This document shows, piece by piece, positions 8,430 through 18,624 of a DNA stretch of 64,000 bases (positions are counted from its first letter, which is position 1; each line of letters opens with the position of its first letter). Origin of the DNA: an uncultured bacterium (lineage in GTDB: Bacteria; Krumholzibacteriota; Krumholzibacteriia; JACNKJ01); NCBI GenBank assembly GCA_963695095.1, contig CAVOFT010000001.1, positions 1,120,001 through 1,184,000 of the forward strand, given 5' to 3'. The notes beneath the pieces were generated by a model. The model ran no database searches. It was not told where the DNA came from and worked only from the letters and a program-made list of their open reading frames with translations. The position numbers and the translations under genes are program-made.

Positions 8430-9776
8430 ATGCGAATTGCCCTCGGCGCGGACCACGGCGGCTACGCTCTCAAGGAGCAGCTCTCCCTGAAGCTGCGGGC
8501 CCAGAGCCATCAGGTGATCGACCTGGGCACTTCATCGAATGAAGCGGTCGACTACCCCGTCTTCGCCCGCCAGGTGGCCGAGGCGGTGGCCTCGGGGCGC
8601 TGCGAGCGGGGGATCATGATCGACGGGGCGGGCATCGGCTCGGCGATGGTGGCCAACAAGGTGCCCGGCGTGCGGGCCGCCCTGGCCTACGACCTCTCCT
8701 CGGCGCGCAACAGCCGCGAGCACAACGACGCGAATGTGCTCACCCTCGGCGCCGGGCTGATCGGCCCGGAGCTGGCCTGGCAGATCGTGGAGCTCTGGCT
8801 GCGGACCGACTGCAGCGAGGAGCGCCACCGGCGCCGGGTCGGCATGATCGAGGGCGACATGATTTCGGGATGCCGTGCGGCAATCCCTGCCGGTTCTGCC
8901 GGGGGAGCGACAACCCCGGCGGAGCCGGCGCCTACTGTACCGGGGGCTTCGACCCTCCTTTCCGAGCGCGACCTCGAGCGCCTGCTCGCCGAGCTGGCCC
9001 CGCTACTCGCCCCCGGGGGCGGGTCCGTCGGCGCCGGCGCGGGGGCCATACCGCCCCCGGGGGCGGGTCGGCGGCCGCGGCGCTCCCGGCCGACCTCGCC
9101 CGCTACTTCGACCACACGCTGCTGCGCCCGGACGCCACCGCGCGCCCAGATCCGCCAGCTCTGCGCCGAGGCCCGCGAGCACCACTTCGCCGCGGTCTGC
9201 GTGAATCCGGTCTGGGTGCCCCTGGTGGCGACCGAGCTCGGCGGCAGCGGCGTGGCCACCTGCGCCGTCGTCGGCTTTCCCCTCGGCGCCAGCCATCCCG
9301 AAGTGAAGGCCTTCGAGGCGCGGCGCGCCATCCGCGAGGGCGCGCGCGAGATCGACATGGTCATCGCCATCGGCGCGCTCAAGGCCGGCGAGGACGAGGC
9401 CGTGCTCGCCGACATCCGCGCCGTCGTCGAGGCCTGCCGCGAGGGCGGCGCCCTCTGCAAGGTGATCATCGAGACCTGCCTGCTCACGGACGACGAGAAG
9501 CGCCGCGCCTGCCGCCTCGCGCGGCGCGCGCGGGCGCACTTCGTCAAGACCTCGACGGGCTTCGCCGGCGGCGGCGCCACCGAGGCCGACGTGGCCCTGA
9601 TGGCCGCCGAGGTGAGCGCGGCGGGCATGGCGGTGAAGGCCTCCGGCGGCATCCGCGACCTGAGCACGGCCCGCCGCCTGCTGGCCGCCGGGGCGAGCCG
9701 CCTCGGGGCGAGCGCGAGCGTGGCGATCCTGGCCGAAGCGAAGCAGGCCGTCCGCGTCGCGGGCGCGCCGGTGTAG
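8430..9776 (+). CDS. rpiB-deoC: RpiB-like sugar-phosphate isomerase fused to deoxyribose-phosphate aldolase (DeoC) through an encapsulation-peptide linker; compensating frameshifts at about 9010-9140
   Basis: [34 protein letters not shown] (RpiB); [12 protein letters not shown] (shifted frame), [35 protein letters not shown] (DeoC). Confidence 0.85.
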   Translation: MRIALGADHGGYALKEQLSLKLRAQSHQVIDLGTSSNEAVDYPVFARQVAEAVASGRCERGIMIDGAGIGSAMVANKVPGVRAALAYDLSSARNSREHNDANVLTLGAGLIGPELAWQIVELWLRTDCSEERHRRRVGMIEGDMISGCRAAIPAGSAGGATTPAEPAPTVPGASTLLSERDLERLLAELAPLLAPGGGSVGAGAGAIPPPGAGRRPRRSRPTSPATSTTRCCARTPPRAQIRQLCAEAREHHFAAVCVNPVWVPLVATELGGSGVATCAVVGFPLGASHPEVKAFEARRAIREGAREIDMVIAIGALKAGEDEAVLADIRAVVEACREGGALCKVIIETCLLTDDEKRRACRLARRARAHFVKTSTGFAGGGATEADVALMAAEVSAAGMAVKASGGIRDLSTARRLLAAGASRLGASASVAILAEAKQAVRVAGAPV

Positions 9777-9792
9777 CCGGCGCGAGAAAGGG

Positions 9793-10428
9793 ATGGGAAT
9801 GGTCGATCTACGCGCCTACGTCTTCCTGGACAGCCTGCAGCCGCAGTTCGCGAGCTTCCTGGCCACCGTGGCCCAGGGCTTCCTGCCCACGGCGGGGGAG
9901 GCCTGCCTCTTCGTCGAGATCTCGCCGGGCATCGAGATCAATCGCGTCACCGACGTGGCGCTCAAGAGCACGCAGGTGACGCCGGGCATGCAGATCGTGG
10001 AGCGGCTCTACGGCATGCTCGAGATCCACGCCCGCAGCCAGGCTGATGTGCGCCAGGCCGGCCGCGCCATTCTCGAAGCGCTGGGCGTCCAGGAAGAGGA
10101 GCGCATCAAGCCGCGCCTGCTCTCGAGCACCGTGATCCGCGCCGTGGACGACTACCAGACCCAGCTCATCAACCGCATGCGCCACGGCAACATGATCCTG
10201 GCCGGTCAGAGCCTCTACATCCTCGAGTGCGAGCCGGCGGCCTATGCCGCCCTGGCCGCCAACGAGGCCGAGAAGGCCGCCGAGATCAACATCCTCGAGG
10301 TGCGCGCCTTCGGCAGCTTCGGGCGCGTGTATCTCGGCGGCGAGCAGCGGCACATCGACGCGGCCTGGCCGGCCGCGGTGGCGGCGGTCGAGGCCTTGAG
10401 CGGCCGCGTGCGCGAAGCGAAGGATTGA
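9793..10428 (+). CDS. BMC shell protein, permuted double-stacking trimer (BMC-Tdp, CcmP/CsoS1D-like)
   Basis: [49 protein letters not shown]. Confidence 0.92.
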   Translation: MGMVDLRAYVFLDSLQPQFASFLATVAQGFLPTAGEACLFVEISPGIEINRVTDVALKSTQVTPGMQIVERLYGMLEIHARSQADVRQAGRAILEALGVQEEERIKPRLLSSTVIRAVDDYQTQLINRMRHGNMILAGQSLYILECEPAAYAALAANEAEKAAEINILEVRAFGSFGRVYLGGEQRHIDAAWPAAVAAVEALSGRVREAKD

Positions 10429-10471
10429 GAGTCAAAGGGACCGCGGTCCCCAGCCGAAGGAAGGAAGGACA

Positions 10472-10771
10472 ATGGCAGATGCACTGGGCATGATCGAGAC
10501 GCGCTGCTTCCCCGCGATGGTGGAGGCGGCCGACGCCATGGTCAAGGCGGCGCGGGTCGAGCTCGTCAGCTACGAGAAGACCGGCGGCGGCTACGTGACG
10601 GCCGTGATCCGCGGCGACGTGGCGGCGGTGAAGGCCGCCTGCGACGCGGGGCAGACCGCTGCCGCGCGCGTGGGCGAGCTGGTCGCCGTGCACATCATCG
10701 CGCGCCCGCACGCCAACGTGGACATGGTGATCCCGCTCGGCCACCAGGCCGACGCCGCCAAGTCCAAGTAG
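10472..10771 (+). CDS. BMC shell hexamer protein (BMC-H)
   Basis: [43 protein letters not shown]; 99 aa; strong RBS. Confidence 0.97.
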   Translation: MADALGMIETRCFPAMVEAADAMVKAARVELVSYEKTGGGYVTAVIRGDVAAVKAACDAGQTAAARVGELVAVHIIARPHANVDMVIPLGHQADAAKSK

Positions 10772-10780
10772 GCGGCGGCC

Positions 10781-11080
10781 ATGAACTTGGCCCTGGTCCT
10801 GGGCACGGTGGTGGCCACGCGCAAGGAGCCGAGCCTGGAGGGCCTCAAGTTCCTCCTGCTCGGGCAGCTCGGCCCTGATGGCAAGCCCACGGGCGCCACC
10901 GTCGTGGCCGCTGACGCGGTCGGTGCGGGCGTCGGCGAGAAGGTGCTCTTCGCCACCGGCAGCTCGGCGCGGCAGACGAAGGTCACCGAGAACCGGCCCT
11001 GCGACGCCGTCATCATGGCCATCGTCGACAGCTGGGAGATCGGCGGCGAGGAGCGCTATCGCAAGGGCCGCGATGATTGA
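10781..11080 (+). CDS. BMC vertex pentamer (EutN/CcmL family), copy 1
   Basis: [38 protein letters not shown]. Confidence 0.95.
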   Translation: MNLALVLGTVVATRKEPSLEGLKFLLLGQLGPDGKPTGATVVAADAVGAGVGEKVLFATGSSARQTKVTENRPCDAVIMAIVDSWEIGGEERYRKGRDD

Positions 11081-11155
11081 GGCACTGGGATCGCTGGACC
11101 GACCACCGCAGCGGGCCGCGATAACTAGCGAGCCTGCGCGCAAGGGGGCCGCGCC

Positions 11156-12630
11156 GTGAGCGCCCTCAGCGAGGCCGAGATCAAGGCGCTGGCAGGCGAG
11201 CTGGCGGCGCGCCTTGGTCTCGCCGGCGGCGCGCGGGCGACCGCGCCGGCTGCGGCGCCTGCCGCGGCGTCCGCTGCGCCGCCGCCCCCGGGGGCGGCTC
11301 TCGGCGAGGGTATCCACCCGGACGTGGACAGCGCGGTCGCCGCCGCGGGCCGCGCCTTCCGGGCGCTGGCCGCTGCCGAGCCCTCGCTGCGCGCGCGGCT
11401 GGTGGACGCCCTGCGCGCGGCGCTGCTGCCCGCGGCCGCGCGCCTGGGCGAACTCGCCCACGCGGAGACCGGCCTCGGCCGCGCCGCCGACAAGACCCTC
11501 AAGAACCGCCTCGTCACGCTGAAGACACCCGGGCCCGGAGGCGCTCGTCCCCCGCGCGCTGAGCGGCGACCGCGGCCTCGTGCTCATGGAGCCGGCGCCC
11601 TTCGGCGTCATCGCGGCGATCACGCCGATCACGAATCCGACGAGCACGATCATCTGCAACGCGATCGGCATGCTGGCCGCCGGCAACGCCGTGGTCTTCA
11701 ACGCGCACCCCGGCGCGGCCGCCTGCTCGGCGGAGACGGTGCGGCTGATACACCGCGCGATCGTCGCCGCCGGCGGGCCGCCCGACCTCGTCACGGCGGT
11801 GGCCGCGCCCACGATCGAGAGCGCCCAGGCGCTGATGCGCCACCCCGGCGTGCGCCTGCTCGTGGTGACCGGTGGCGCGGGCGTCGTGCGCGAGGCGATG
11901 GCCAGCGGCAAGCGCGCCATCTGCGCGGGGCCGGGCAACCCGCCCGTCGTCGTCGACGAGACGGCCGACCTCGAGCAGGCCGGCCGCGACATCGTCTTCG
12001 GGGCCGGCCTGGACAACAACATCATCTGCGTGGACGAGAAGGAGGTCTTCGTCGTCGAGCAGGCGGCGGCGGGCCTCGTCGCGGCCATGCAGCGCCACGG
12101 CGCGCGCCTGCTCACCGCGGGTGAACTCGCGCGCCTGGAGAACCTGCTCTTCGAGGCGCAGCGCGGTCCGGGCGAGCCGGGCGTCATCGCCAAGCGCTGG
12201 ATCGGCCAGGATGCGGCCAAGATCCTCGCGCGCCATCGGCGCGCCCTGCGATCCGGCGGCGCGCCTCCTGATCGCCCAGGTGCCCGCCGAGCACCCCCTG
12301 GTCTGGACCGAGCAGATGATGCCCGTGCTGCCCGTCGTGCGCGTGCCGGATGCCGACGCCGCCATCGACCTCGCCGTGCGCGCCGAGCACGGCTGCGGCC
12401 ACTCGGCGGCCATGCACTCCAAGCGCCTGGATCGCCTGAGCCGCATGGCGCGGGCCATCAACACCTCGATCTTCGTCAAGAACGGCCCCTGCGCCGCCGG
12501 CCTCGGCCACGGCGGCGAGGGCTACGCGAGCTTCAGCATCGCCAGCCCCACCGGGGAGGGCCTCACCGGTCCGCACAGCTTCAGCCGCGAGCGGCGCTGC
12601 GTGCTGGTGGACCACTTCCGGATCGTGTAG
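11156..12630 (+). CDS. CoA-acylating aldehyde dehydrogenase (EutE/PduP family) with N-terminal encapsulation peptide; frameshifts near 11535 and 12230
   Basis: ETGLGR..DK..KN, PFGVI..ITP.TNP, LVVTGG, GPGNPP..VDETAD, DNNIICVDEKE (catalytic Cys), EQMMPVLP, SPTGEG, spread over three frames. Confidence 0.9.
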
Positions 12631-12632
12631 CC

Positions 12633-13301
12633 GTGACCCAGCCGACGGACGCGCGCTGGCCGGCCCTGGCCCTGCTCGAGTACGCGGGCGTGCCGGCCGG
12701 CGTGGCCGCCGCCGACCGCATGCTCAAGCGCGCGCCCGTGGCCCTGATTCGCGCGGGCAGCGTGCAGCCGGGCCGCTGGCTCGTGCTGCTGGGCGGCAGC
12801 ACGGCCTCGGTGCTGGAAGCCCACGCGGAGGGCCTGGCGGCGGCCGCACTGCACGACGAGATCCTGCTCGCCGACGCCCACGCGGCCATCGCCCCGGCCC
12901 TGGCCGGCGAGCGCTCGGGGGCCGAGGCCGAAGCCCTCGGCCTGCTCGAGGCGGCGAGCAGCGCGGCGCTGCTGGGCGCCACCGACGCGGCGCTCAAGGC
13001 CTGCGCCGTCACGCTGCGCGAGCTGCGCCTGGCCGACGGCCTGGGCGGCAAGGCCTTCTGCAGCTTCGACGGCGCCCTCGACGAGGTGGAGGCGGCCGTG
13101 GCCGCCGGCGCCGCGCGGCTGGGCGCGCGGCTCACGCAGCAGGCCGTGATCCCGCGCCTGGACGACACCCTGCGCGCGCTACTCGCCGCGGGCAGCGGCT
13201 TCGCCCGCTGCGCGCCTCTGGAGCCGCCGGGCGCGGAGGTCGAGGCGAGCGCAGGGGCGATCGCCGGTCACGGCAATCGCCACGCCGAGGAGCAGGTCTG
13301 A
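12633..13301 (+). CDS. BMC tandem-domain shell protein (BMC-Ts, PduT-like)
   Basis: ALALLE...AADRMLKRAPV...PGRW and ALGLLE...DAALKA...LADGLGGKAF; GTG start 2 nt after the dehydrogenase stop. Confidence 0.88.
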   Translation: MTQPTDARWPALALLEYAGVPAGVAAADRMLKRAPVALIRAGSVQPGRWLVLLGGSTASVLEAHAEGLAAAALHDEILLADAHAAIAPALAGERSGAEAEALGLLEAASSAALLGATDAALKACAVTLRELRLADGLGGKAFCSFDGALDEVEAAVAAGAARLGARLTQQAVIPRLDDTLRALLAAGSGFARCAPLEPPGAEVEASAGAIAGHGNRHAEEQV

Positions 13302-13657
13302 TGCAGTTCGCGCGCGTCATCGGCACGCTGGTGCCGGCCACCGTCTGCGAAGGGCTGGCCGGCGTGCCCATGCTCTGGGTGCAGCCGCTGGATCAGCGGC
13401 TCGCGCCGGCGGGGCGTCCCCTCGTCTGCGCCGACGGCACGCGCATGGCCGGGCCGGGCGAGCTGGTCTACTTCGTGGCGAGCCGCGAGGCGGCGCTGGT
13501 CCTGGAGCCCAGCTTCGTGCCGGTGGACCACGCGATCGTCGGCATCGTGGACACGCATGCCCTCGACGAGGACGAAACCGGCGCGCGCCGCGGCGAGCCC
13601 GCGCCCGCGGCGGCGCCGGCGGCCCCGCGCCGGCCGGCGCGGGGAGGCCGGCGATGA
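13301..13657 (+). CDS. BMC vertex pentamer (EutN/CcmL family), copy 2
   Basis: MQFARVIGTLV, AGPGELV, SREA, PVDHAIVGIVD; Pro/Ala-rich tail. Confidence 0.92.
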   Translation: MQFARVIGTLVPATVCEGLAGVPMLWVQPLDQRLAPAGRPLVCADGTRMAGPGELVYFVASREAALVLEPSFVPVDHAIVGIVDTHALDEDETGARRGEPAPAAAPAAPRRPARGGRR

Positions 13658-13914
13658 TCCTGGGTCGCGTGACGGGCCGCCTCACCTCCACCATCCACCA
13701 CCGCGTGGTGACGGGCCAGCGCCTGCTCATCGTCGAGCGCCTGGACGGGCCCGGCTACCTGATCGCCATGGACGCCGTGGGCGCGGGCGCGGGCGAGACC
13801 GTGCTCGTCCTCGACGAGGGCAATGGCGCCCGCCAGGTGCTGGCCGACCGGGCGGCGCCCATTCGCTCGATCATCGTCGGCATCGTCGACGCCTGGCCGG
13901 AAGGAGATCGCTGA
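13654..13914 (+). CDS. BMC vertex pentamer (EutN/CcmL family), copy 3
   Basis: MILGRVTG, DAVGAGAGETVL, EGNGAR, IIVGIVD. Confidence 0.92.
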   Translation: MILGRVTGRLTSTIHHRVVTGQRLLIVERLDGPGYLIAMDAVGAGAGETVLVLDEGNGARQVLADRAAPIRSIIVGIVDAWPEGDR

Positions 13915-15071
13915 TGCTTCGCTCGCCCTGGCTGCGCCCTGCGCTGCTCGGCCTCGCGCTTGCCCTCGTCCTCGGGTGCGGTCGCGGCGAGCCGGAACCC
14001 GCCTGGCGCCTGCACGTGGCCCAGTTCCGCCTGCCCTACGGCCAGTCGCGCCTGCTCAACTACGACTACCCGCAGCTCACCCTGGTCGGGGAGGAGCAGC
14101 TCGGCTCGCTCAGCGCGCGCATGGCGGTCAGCCCCGGCGGGGACGAGCTCTGGGTGGGCAGCGAGGCCTCGCGCGACCTCTTCGTCTTCCGCGCCGCGGG
14201 CGATTCGATCGTCGGCCGCGTCAGCCTCGGCGCCGCGGTGGGGGCCATCGCCTTCGACGCGGCCGGGCGGCGCTGTTTGGTGGCGCATGGGGCGGTCATC
14301 TCGATGGGGCGCGACGATCCGGTGGCCACGCTGATCGACATGGCCACGCGCACGCCGCAGCGCGCCTTCCGCACGGGCAAGAACCCGCGGGCGATCTGCT
14401 TCGATCCGGCGGGGGAGCGCGCCTTCGTGGGCAACACCGGCGACTCGACGCTCTCGGTGCTCGATCTCAAGCTGGGCACCACCGTCGACTCGCTCACCGT
14501 GGGCGCGGCGCCCGTGGACCTCAACGCGGATCCCCTCGGCCGCTGGCTCTACGTGAGCTGCCTGGGCGCGCCGACCGCGACCGGGCGCGACCGCGGCGCC
14601 GTGCACGTGCTCGCGCTGCCCGGCCTGGAGACGCTGGCGGTGCTGGTCGCCGGCGAGCATCCCTCGCGGGTGACGCCCTTGCCCGGCGGCGATCGCATCG
14701 TGGTGAGCGAGTTGAAGGTGGCGCCGACGGAGCTGCCCCGCCTGCGCATCTTCAGCGTCAAGGCCGACGCGGCGGGCCGGCCCGAGTTCACGCTCCGCCA
14801 CGAGATCGAGGCCGGCGACAATCCGCTGGCCGGCGGCATGAGTCCCGACGGCCGGCTCTTCGCCGTGCCGGACTTCGCGGAATGCCGCCTGGCCCTGGTC
14901 GATCTGGAGAAGGGTCGCTTCCTGCGCTGGCTGCAACTTCCCGGCGCCCGCGGCGATCACTTCGCCGTGGATGCGGTCTTCACGCGGGCGGGGCGGGCGC
15001 CGGCCAGTCCGCCTCCGGCAGCGGAAAGCGCGCCTGCAGCGCCTGACTCAACGCCGGCAGGCGCGCCGTGA
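13914..15071 (+). CDS. YncE/YVTN-type beta-propeller lipoprotein
   Basis: Lipobox LVLGC; blade repeats (MAVSPGGDELWV, ICFDPAGERAFV.N.GDSTLSV.D, SPDGRL); TGATG overlap with the preceding gene. Confidence 0.75.
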   Translation: MLRSPWLRPALLGLALALVLGCGRGEPEPAWRLHVAQFRLPYGQSRLLNYDYPQLTLVGEEQLGSLSARMAVSPGGDELWVGSEASRDLFVFRAAGDSIVGRVSLGAAVGAIAFDAAGRRCLVAHGAVISMGRDDPVATLIDMATRTPQRAFRTGKNPRAICFDPAGERAFVGNTGDSTLSVLDLKLGTTVDSLTVGAAPVDLNADPLGRWLYVSCLGAPTATGRDRGAVHVLALPGLETLAVLVAGEHPSRVTPLPGGDRIVVSELKVAPTELPRLRIFSVKADAAGRPEFTLRHEIEAGDNPLAGGMSPDGRLFAVPDFAECRLALVDLEKGRFLRWLQLPGARGDHFAVDAVFTRAGRAPASPPPAAESAPAAPDSTPAGAP

Positions 15072-15645
15072 AGAAGTGGTCTGCGCCGGCGATCCACTCG
15101 AGCTGCTTGGGCTCGGCGAAGCTCGGATAGCTGCGGGCCAGGGCCGCGGGGTCGCAGAACTGGTCCTCATCGCCGTGGATGAAGAGCTTGGGCTTGCGGC
15201 ACTGCGCGAGGAAGTCCAGCGGCGACCAGTCCACCGGCGTGCCCAGCGCCACGACGGCCCTCGCGCGCGGCTCGTCCGCGGCGACGCGGAGCCCGATCCA
15301 GGCGCCGAAGCTGAAGCCGACGACGTAGAGCGGCGCGCCGGGCAAGTGCGCGGCAAGGTGGGCGAGGCCGGCCCGCGCGTCCTCCTGTTCGCCCTGGCCG
15401 TCGTCGTAGCGGCCGGCGCTGGCGCCCACGCCGCGAAAGTTGAAGCGCAGGGTCGCCAGCCCGAGCCGCGCGCAGACCTGCTGGCTCGTGAAGACCACCT
15501 TGTTGTGGAGATTGCCCCCGTAGAGCGGATGCGGATGCAGGAGCAGCGCGCCGCCGGCGGCGGCTCCCGCGGGCAGCAGCTGCAGGGCTTCCAGGCGGCC
15601 GGCGGGGCCAGCCAGCTCGAGCGGGCTCTCGCGGGGCGCGGACAT
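14980..15645 (-). CDS. Alpha/beta hydrolase (COG2945-like)
   Basis: HPHPLYGG..HNKVV, LRFNFRGVG.S.G, GFSFG nucleophile, HGDED, GADHFF. Confidence 0.9.
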   Translation of the reverse strand: MSAPRESPLELAGPAGRLEALQLLPAGAAAGGALLLHPHPLYGGNLHNKVVFTSQQVCARLGLATLRFNFRGVGASAGRYDDGQGEQEDARAGLAHLAAHLPGAPLYVVGFSFGAWIGLRVAADEPRARAVVALGTPVDWSPLDFLAQCRKPKLFIHGDEDQFCDPAALARSYPSFAEPKQLEWIAGADHFFTARLPALSQALQARFPLPEADWPAPAPPA

Positions 15646-15830
15646 CGAGTTCTCCTTGCGCCCGCGGCGCGGGCGATGGGGTGTGCGCGGCCAGCATGCG
15701 GCGGGGATCGCGGGCCGTCAATTGCGGCTGCAGCCACTAACAGGAGTTGAACGTGCGGAATCGTGAAACAAGGGACACGCAGGGCCGCGGCCCTTGCGGT
15801 GGGCGAGCCATCTGATTACTTGGAAAGTGC

Positions 15831-15859
15831 TTGCGGGCGGGGTCAACGCTCGCTAGCCT
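15831..15859 (+). promoter_or_regulatory. Candidate sigma70 promoter of the nuo operon
   Basis: TTGCGG, 17-nt spacer, TAGCCT in the divergent intergenic region. Confidence 0.3.
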
Positions 15860-15944
15860 CTGGCCAGGCCGAGGCGACCGCTCGCCTCGCTTCCCGCCGG
15901 CGGGACGGCGCCGCTCTCCAGCCCGGGTTCGTGGAGAAAACGCG

Positions 15945-16385
15945 ATGTTATTCCAGTTTGCGAATGTCCTGGTCTTCATCCTGTTCAGCGCCCTGTTCAT
16001 CTTCGCGCTGCTGGTGATCTCCAAGCTGCTGTCGCCCCGCCACCACAGCGCCGACAAGCTGATGAGCTACGAGTGCGGCGAGCGGCCCACGGGGTCCGGC
16101 TGGCTGCAGTTCAACATCCGCTTCTACATCATCGCGCTGGCCTTCCTCATCTTCGACGTGGAAATCGCCTTCATGTTCCCCGTCGGCATGGTCATGCGCA
16201 GCTTCGTGGAGGCCGGGCAGGGGTGGTTCGTGCTGGCGGAGGTGCTGCTGTTCATCCTGATCCTCTTCCTGGGCCTGGTCTACCTGTGGCGCAAGGGAGA
16301 CCTGAACTGGGTGAAGGATCTCCAGCTCAGCCGCGGCGACTCGGTGATCGAGCTGCGGCGCCACGACCGCTCCCGGCCCGAGTAG
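15945..16385 (+). CDS. nuoA: Complex I subunit A
   Basis: K...YECGE.P, RFYIIAL.FLIFDVE, three TM helices. Confidence 0.95.
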   Translation: MLFQFANVLVFILFSALFIFALLVISKLLSPRHHSADKLMSYECGERPTGSGWLQFNIRFYIIALAFLIFDVEIAFMFPVGMVMRSFVEAGQGWFVLAEVLLFILILFLGLVYLWRKGDLNWVKDLQLSRGDSVIELRRHDRSRPE

Positions 16386-16406
16386 AATGAGCCGAGGGAG
16401 AACGAC

Positions 16407-16976
16407 ATGACGCACCGCGAACTGCCGACGATGGTCGACACCCTGCCCGAGGCGGCCATCTTCACCACTACCGACAAGATCATGAACCTGGCCCGGGGCA
16501 ACTCGGTCTGGTACATGCTGAGCGCCCTGGCCTGCTGCGGCATCGAGCTGATGCAGGCCGGCGGGCCGCGCACCGACCTGGACCGCATGGGTTCCGTGTT
16601 CCGCGCGACGCCGCGGCAGAGCGACCTGCTCATCGTGGCCGGCACGCTCACCTACAAGATGGCCAGCCGCCTCAAGCTGATGTACGAGCAGATGGCCGAG
16701 CCGCGCTACGTGATCTCGATGGGCAGCTGCGCCAACTGCGGCGGCCTCTTCAACATGGGCTACAGCGTGGTCAAGGGCGTGGACGCCATCCTGCCCGTCG
16801 ATGTCTACATCCCCGGCTGCCCGCCGCGGCCGGAGGCCCTCTACGAGGGCATCGCCGAGCTGCAGCGCAAGATCAAGGGCGAGCGCTTCCTGGTGAAGCG
16901 CCCCGCGGCGCTGCCGCCGGCGCCGCTCGCTGTCGCCCCGACCGAGGCGCCGCCCGGCACGGAGGCCCAGGCATGA
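16407..16976 (+). CDS. nuoB: Complex I subunit B
   Basis: [31 protein letters not shown]. Confidence 0.96.
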   Translation: MTHRELPTMVDTLPEAAIFTTTDKIMNLARGNSVWYMLSALACCGIELMQAGGPRTDLDRMGSVFRATPRQSDLLIVAGTLTYKMASRLKLMYEQMAEPRYVISMGSCANCGGLFNMGYSVVKGVDAILPVDVYIPGCPPRPEALYEGIAELQRKIKGERFLVKRPAALPPAPLAVAPTEAPPGTEAQA

Positions 16977-17500
16977 GCGCACTGACCGCGGAGCAGGCGA
17001 CGGCGATCTTCGCCCGCATCAAGGCGCTGGTCGGCGAGGAGGGCCTCAGCTTCCGCCCCGAGGCGCCGCAACCGGACCTGCTCGTGACGCCCGAGCGCCT
17101 GCGCGCGCTCTGCCTCGCCCTGCGCGACGACCCCGAGCTGCACTTCGAATCCCTGCAGCAGGTGGCGGGCACGGACCACGTCAAGGAAGAGCGCCTGCGC
17201 AGCACGATCACGCTCTGCAGCTACGCCCACGGCGGTCGCCTGCTCACCCTGCACACGGACCTCCCGCGCGAGGCGCCGCGCGTGCCCACGGTGAGCGACA
17301 TCTGGCCCGCGGCCGAGTGGCACGAGCGCGAGAGCTGGGACCTCGTCGGCATCGTCTACGAGGGGCACCCGGACCTGCGCCGCATCATGCTGCCCGACGA
17401 CTGGGAGGGGCACCCCCTGCGCAAGGACTACGCCGAGAAGCCCGAGTATGACGGCATTCCCACCCAGCGCGACCGGGAGTGGCTGTCATGGCAGAAGTGA
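16973..17500 (+). CDS. nuoC: Complex I subunit C
   Basis: [15 protein letters not shown]...[18 protein letters not shown]. Confidence 0.95.
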   Translation: MSALTAEQATAIFARIKALVGEEGLSFRPEAPQPDLLVTPERLRALCLALRDDPELHFESLQQVAGTDHVKEERLRSTITLCSYAHGGRLLTLHTDLPREAPRVPTVSDIWPAAEWHERESWDLVGIVYEGHPDLRRIMLPDDWEGHPLRKDYAEKPEYDGIPTQRDREWLSWQK

Positions 17501-18609
17501 AGACCGAGCTGATGACGCTCAACTTCGGGCCCGTACACCCGAGCACCCACGGCGTGCTGCGCTTCCAGCTCGAGACGGACGGCGAGATCATCCACCAGTG
17601 CGTGCCCGATGTCGGCTATCTCCACCGCAGCATCGAGAAGATCGCCGAGGGGCTCGAGTACTACCAGTTCATGCCCTTCACGGACCGCGTGGACTACGTG
17701 GCCGCGATCAACGCCAACCACGGCTGGGCCGTGGCCTGCGAGCGGATGATCGGCCACGAGGTGCCCGAGCGGGGCGAGCTGCTGCGCGTGATCAGCGCCG
17801 AGCTGGTGCGCCTCTCCAGCCACCTCGTCGCCGTGGGCTCCAACGCCTCGGACATGGGCGCCGTGACGCCCTTCCTGCATGCGCTGCGCGAGCGCGAGCA
17901 CGTCAACGATCTGATCGAGGAACTCTGCGGCGCGCGCCTGACGCACAACTACGTGCGCATCGGGGGCGTCTCCCACGACGCGCCGGCCGGCTGGACGGAC
18001 AAGGTGCTGCGCTTCTGCGACGGCTTCCTGCCCGCCATCGACGAGTTCGACCGCCTGATCACCTTCAACCGGATCTTCCGCGGCCGCCTGGCCAACGTGG
18101 CCGTGATCAGCGCCGCCGATGCCATGGCCTACGGGCTCTGCGGGCCCAACCTGCGCGCCAGCGGCGTGGACTTCGACTGCCGCCGCGACGACCCCTACGG
18201 CCTCTATCCGGAGCTGAGCTTCAAGGTGCCGGTGGGCCAGGGCTTGCTGGGCACGCTGGGCGACTGCTGGGACCGCTTCTGGTGCCGCGTGCAGGAGATG
18301 CGCGAGTGCATCGGCCTCGTCCGCCAGGCCGTCGAGCGCCTGCCGCGCTCGGCGCCGGAGTTCTGGAACGAGAAGAAGGTGCTCAAGGCGCCGGCCGGCG
18401 AGTACTACGTGCGCACGGAGAGCGCGCGCGGCGAGCTGGGCTACTACGTCGTCAGCGATGGCGGCAAGCAGCCCTATCGCGTGAAGATCCGCACCGGCAG
18501 TTTCGCGGCGATGAGCATCACGGAGAAGCTGGCCCGCGGCCTGATGATCGCGGACCTCGTCGCGATCATCGGCAGTCTGGACGTGGTGGCGCCGGAGATC
18601 GACCGTTAG
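17488..18609 (+). CDS. nuoD: Complex I subunit D
   Basis: [45 protein letters not shown]; no NiFe CxxC pairs. Confidence 0.96.
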   Translation: MAEVKTELMTLNFGPVHPSTHGVLRFQLETDGEIIHQCVPDVGYLHRSIEKIAEGLEYYQFMPFTDRVDYVAAINANHGWAVACERMIGHEVPERGELLRVISAELVRLSSHLVAVGSNASDMGAVTPFLHALREREHVNDLIEELCGARLTHNYVRIGGVSHDAPAGWTDKVLRFCDGFLPAIDEFDRLITFNRIFRGRLANVAVISAADAMAYGLCGPNLRASGVDFDCRRDDPYGLYPELSFKVPVGQGLLGTLGDCWDRFWCRVQEMRECIGLVRQAVERLPRSAPEFWNEKKVLKAPAGEYYVRTESARGELGYYVVSDGGKQPYRVKIRTGSFAAMSITEKLARGLMIADLVAIIGSLDVVAPEIDR

Positions 18610-18624
18610 CAGGGAAGGGTGCGC

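Noticed and set aside
8870..9090. Separate deoC start at ATG 8870 with a Cys-rich N-terminus
   Set aside because: That frame is Arg/Pro-rich shadow sequence until about 9085 and has no clear RBS; the encapsulation helix is in the rpiB frame.
11580..13301. Apparent aldehyde dehydrogenase-BMC shell fusion (573-aa ORF)
   Set aside because: Artefact of the frameshift near 12230: the dehydrogenase ends in another frame at 12630 and the BMC-T starts at GTG 12633.
15750..15770. Third copy of the BMC operator (ATCGTGAAAC) upstream of nuoA
   Set aside because: Only a half-site matches and the spacing differs; could be chance.
17488..18609. Group 4 [NiFe]-hydrogenase large subunit
   Set aside because: No CxxC nickel-binding motifs at either end; quinone-site residues are present.
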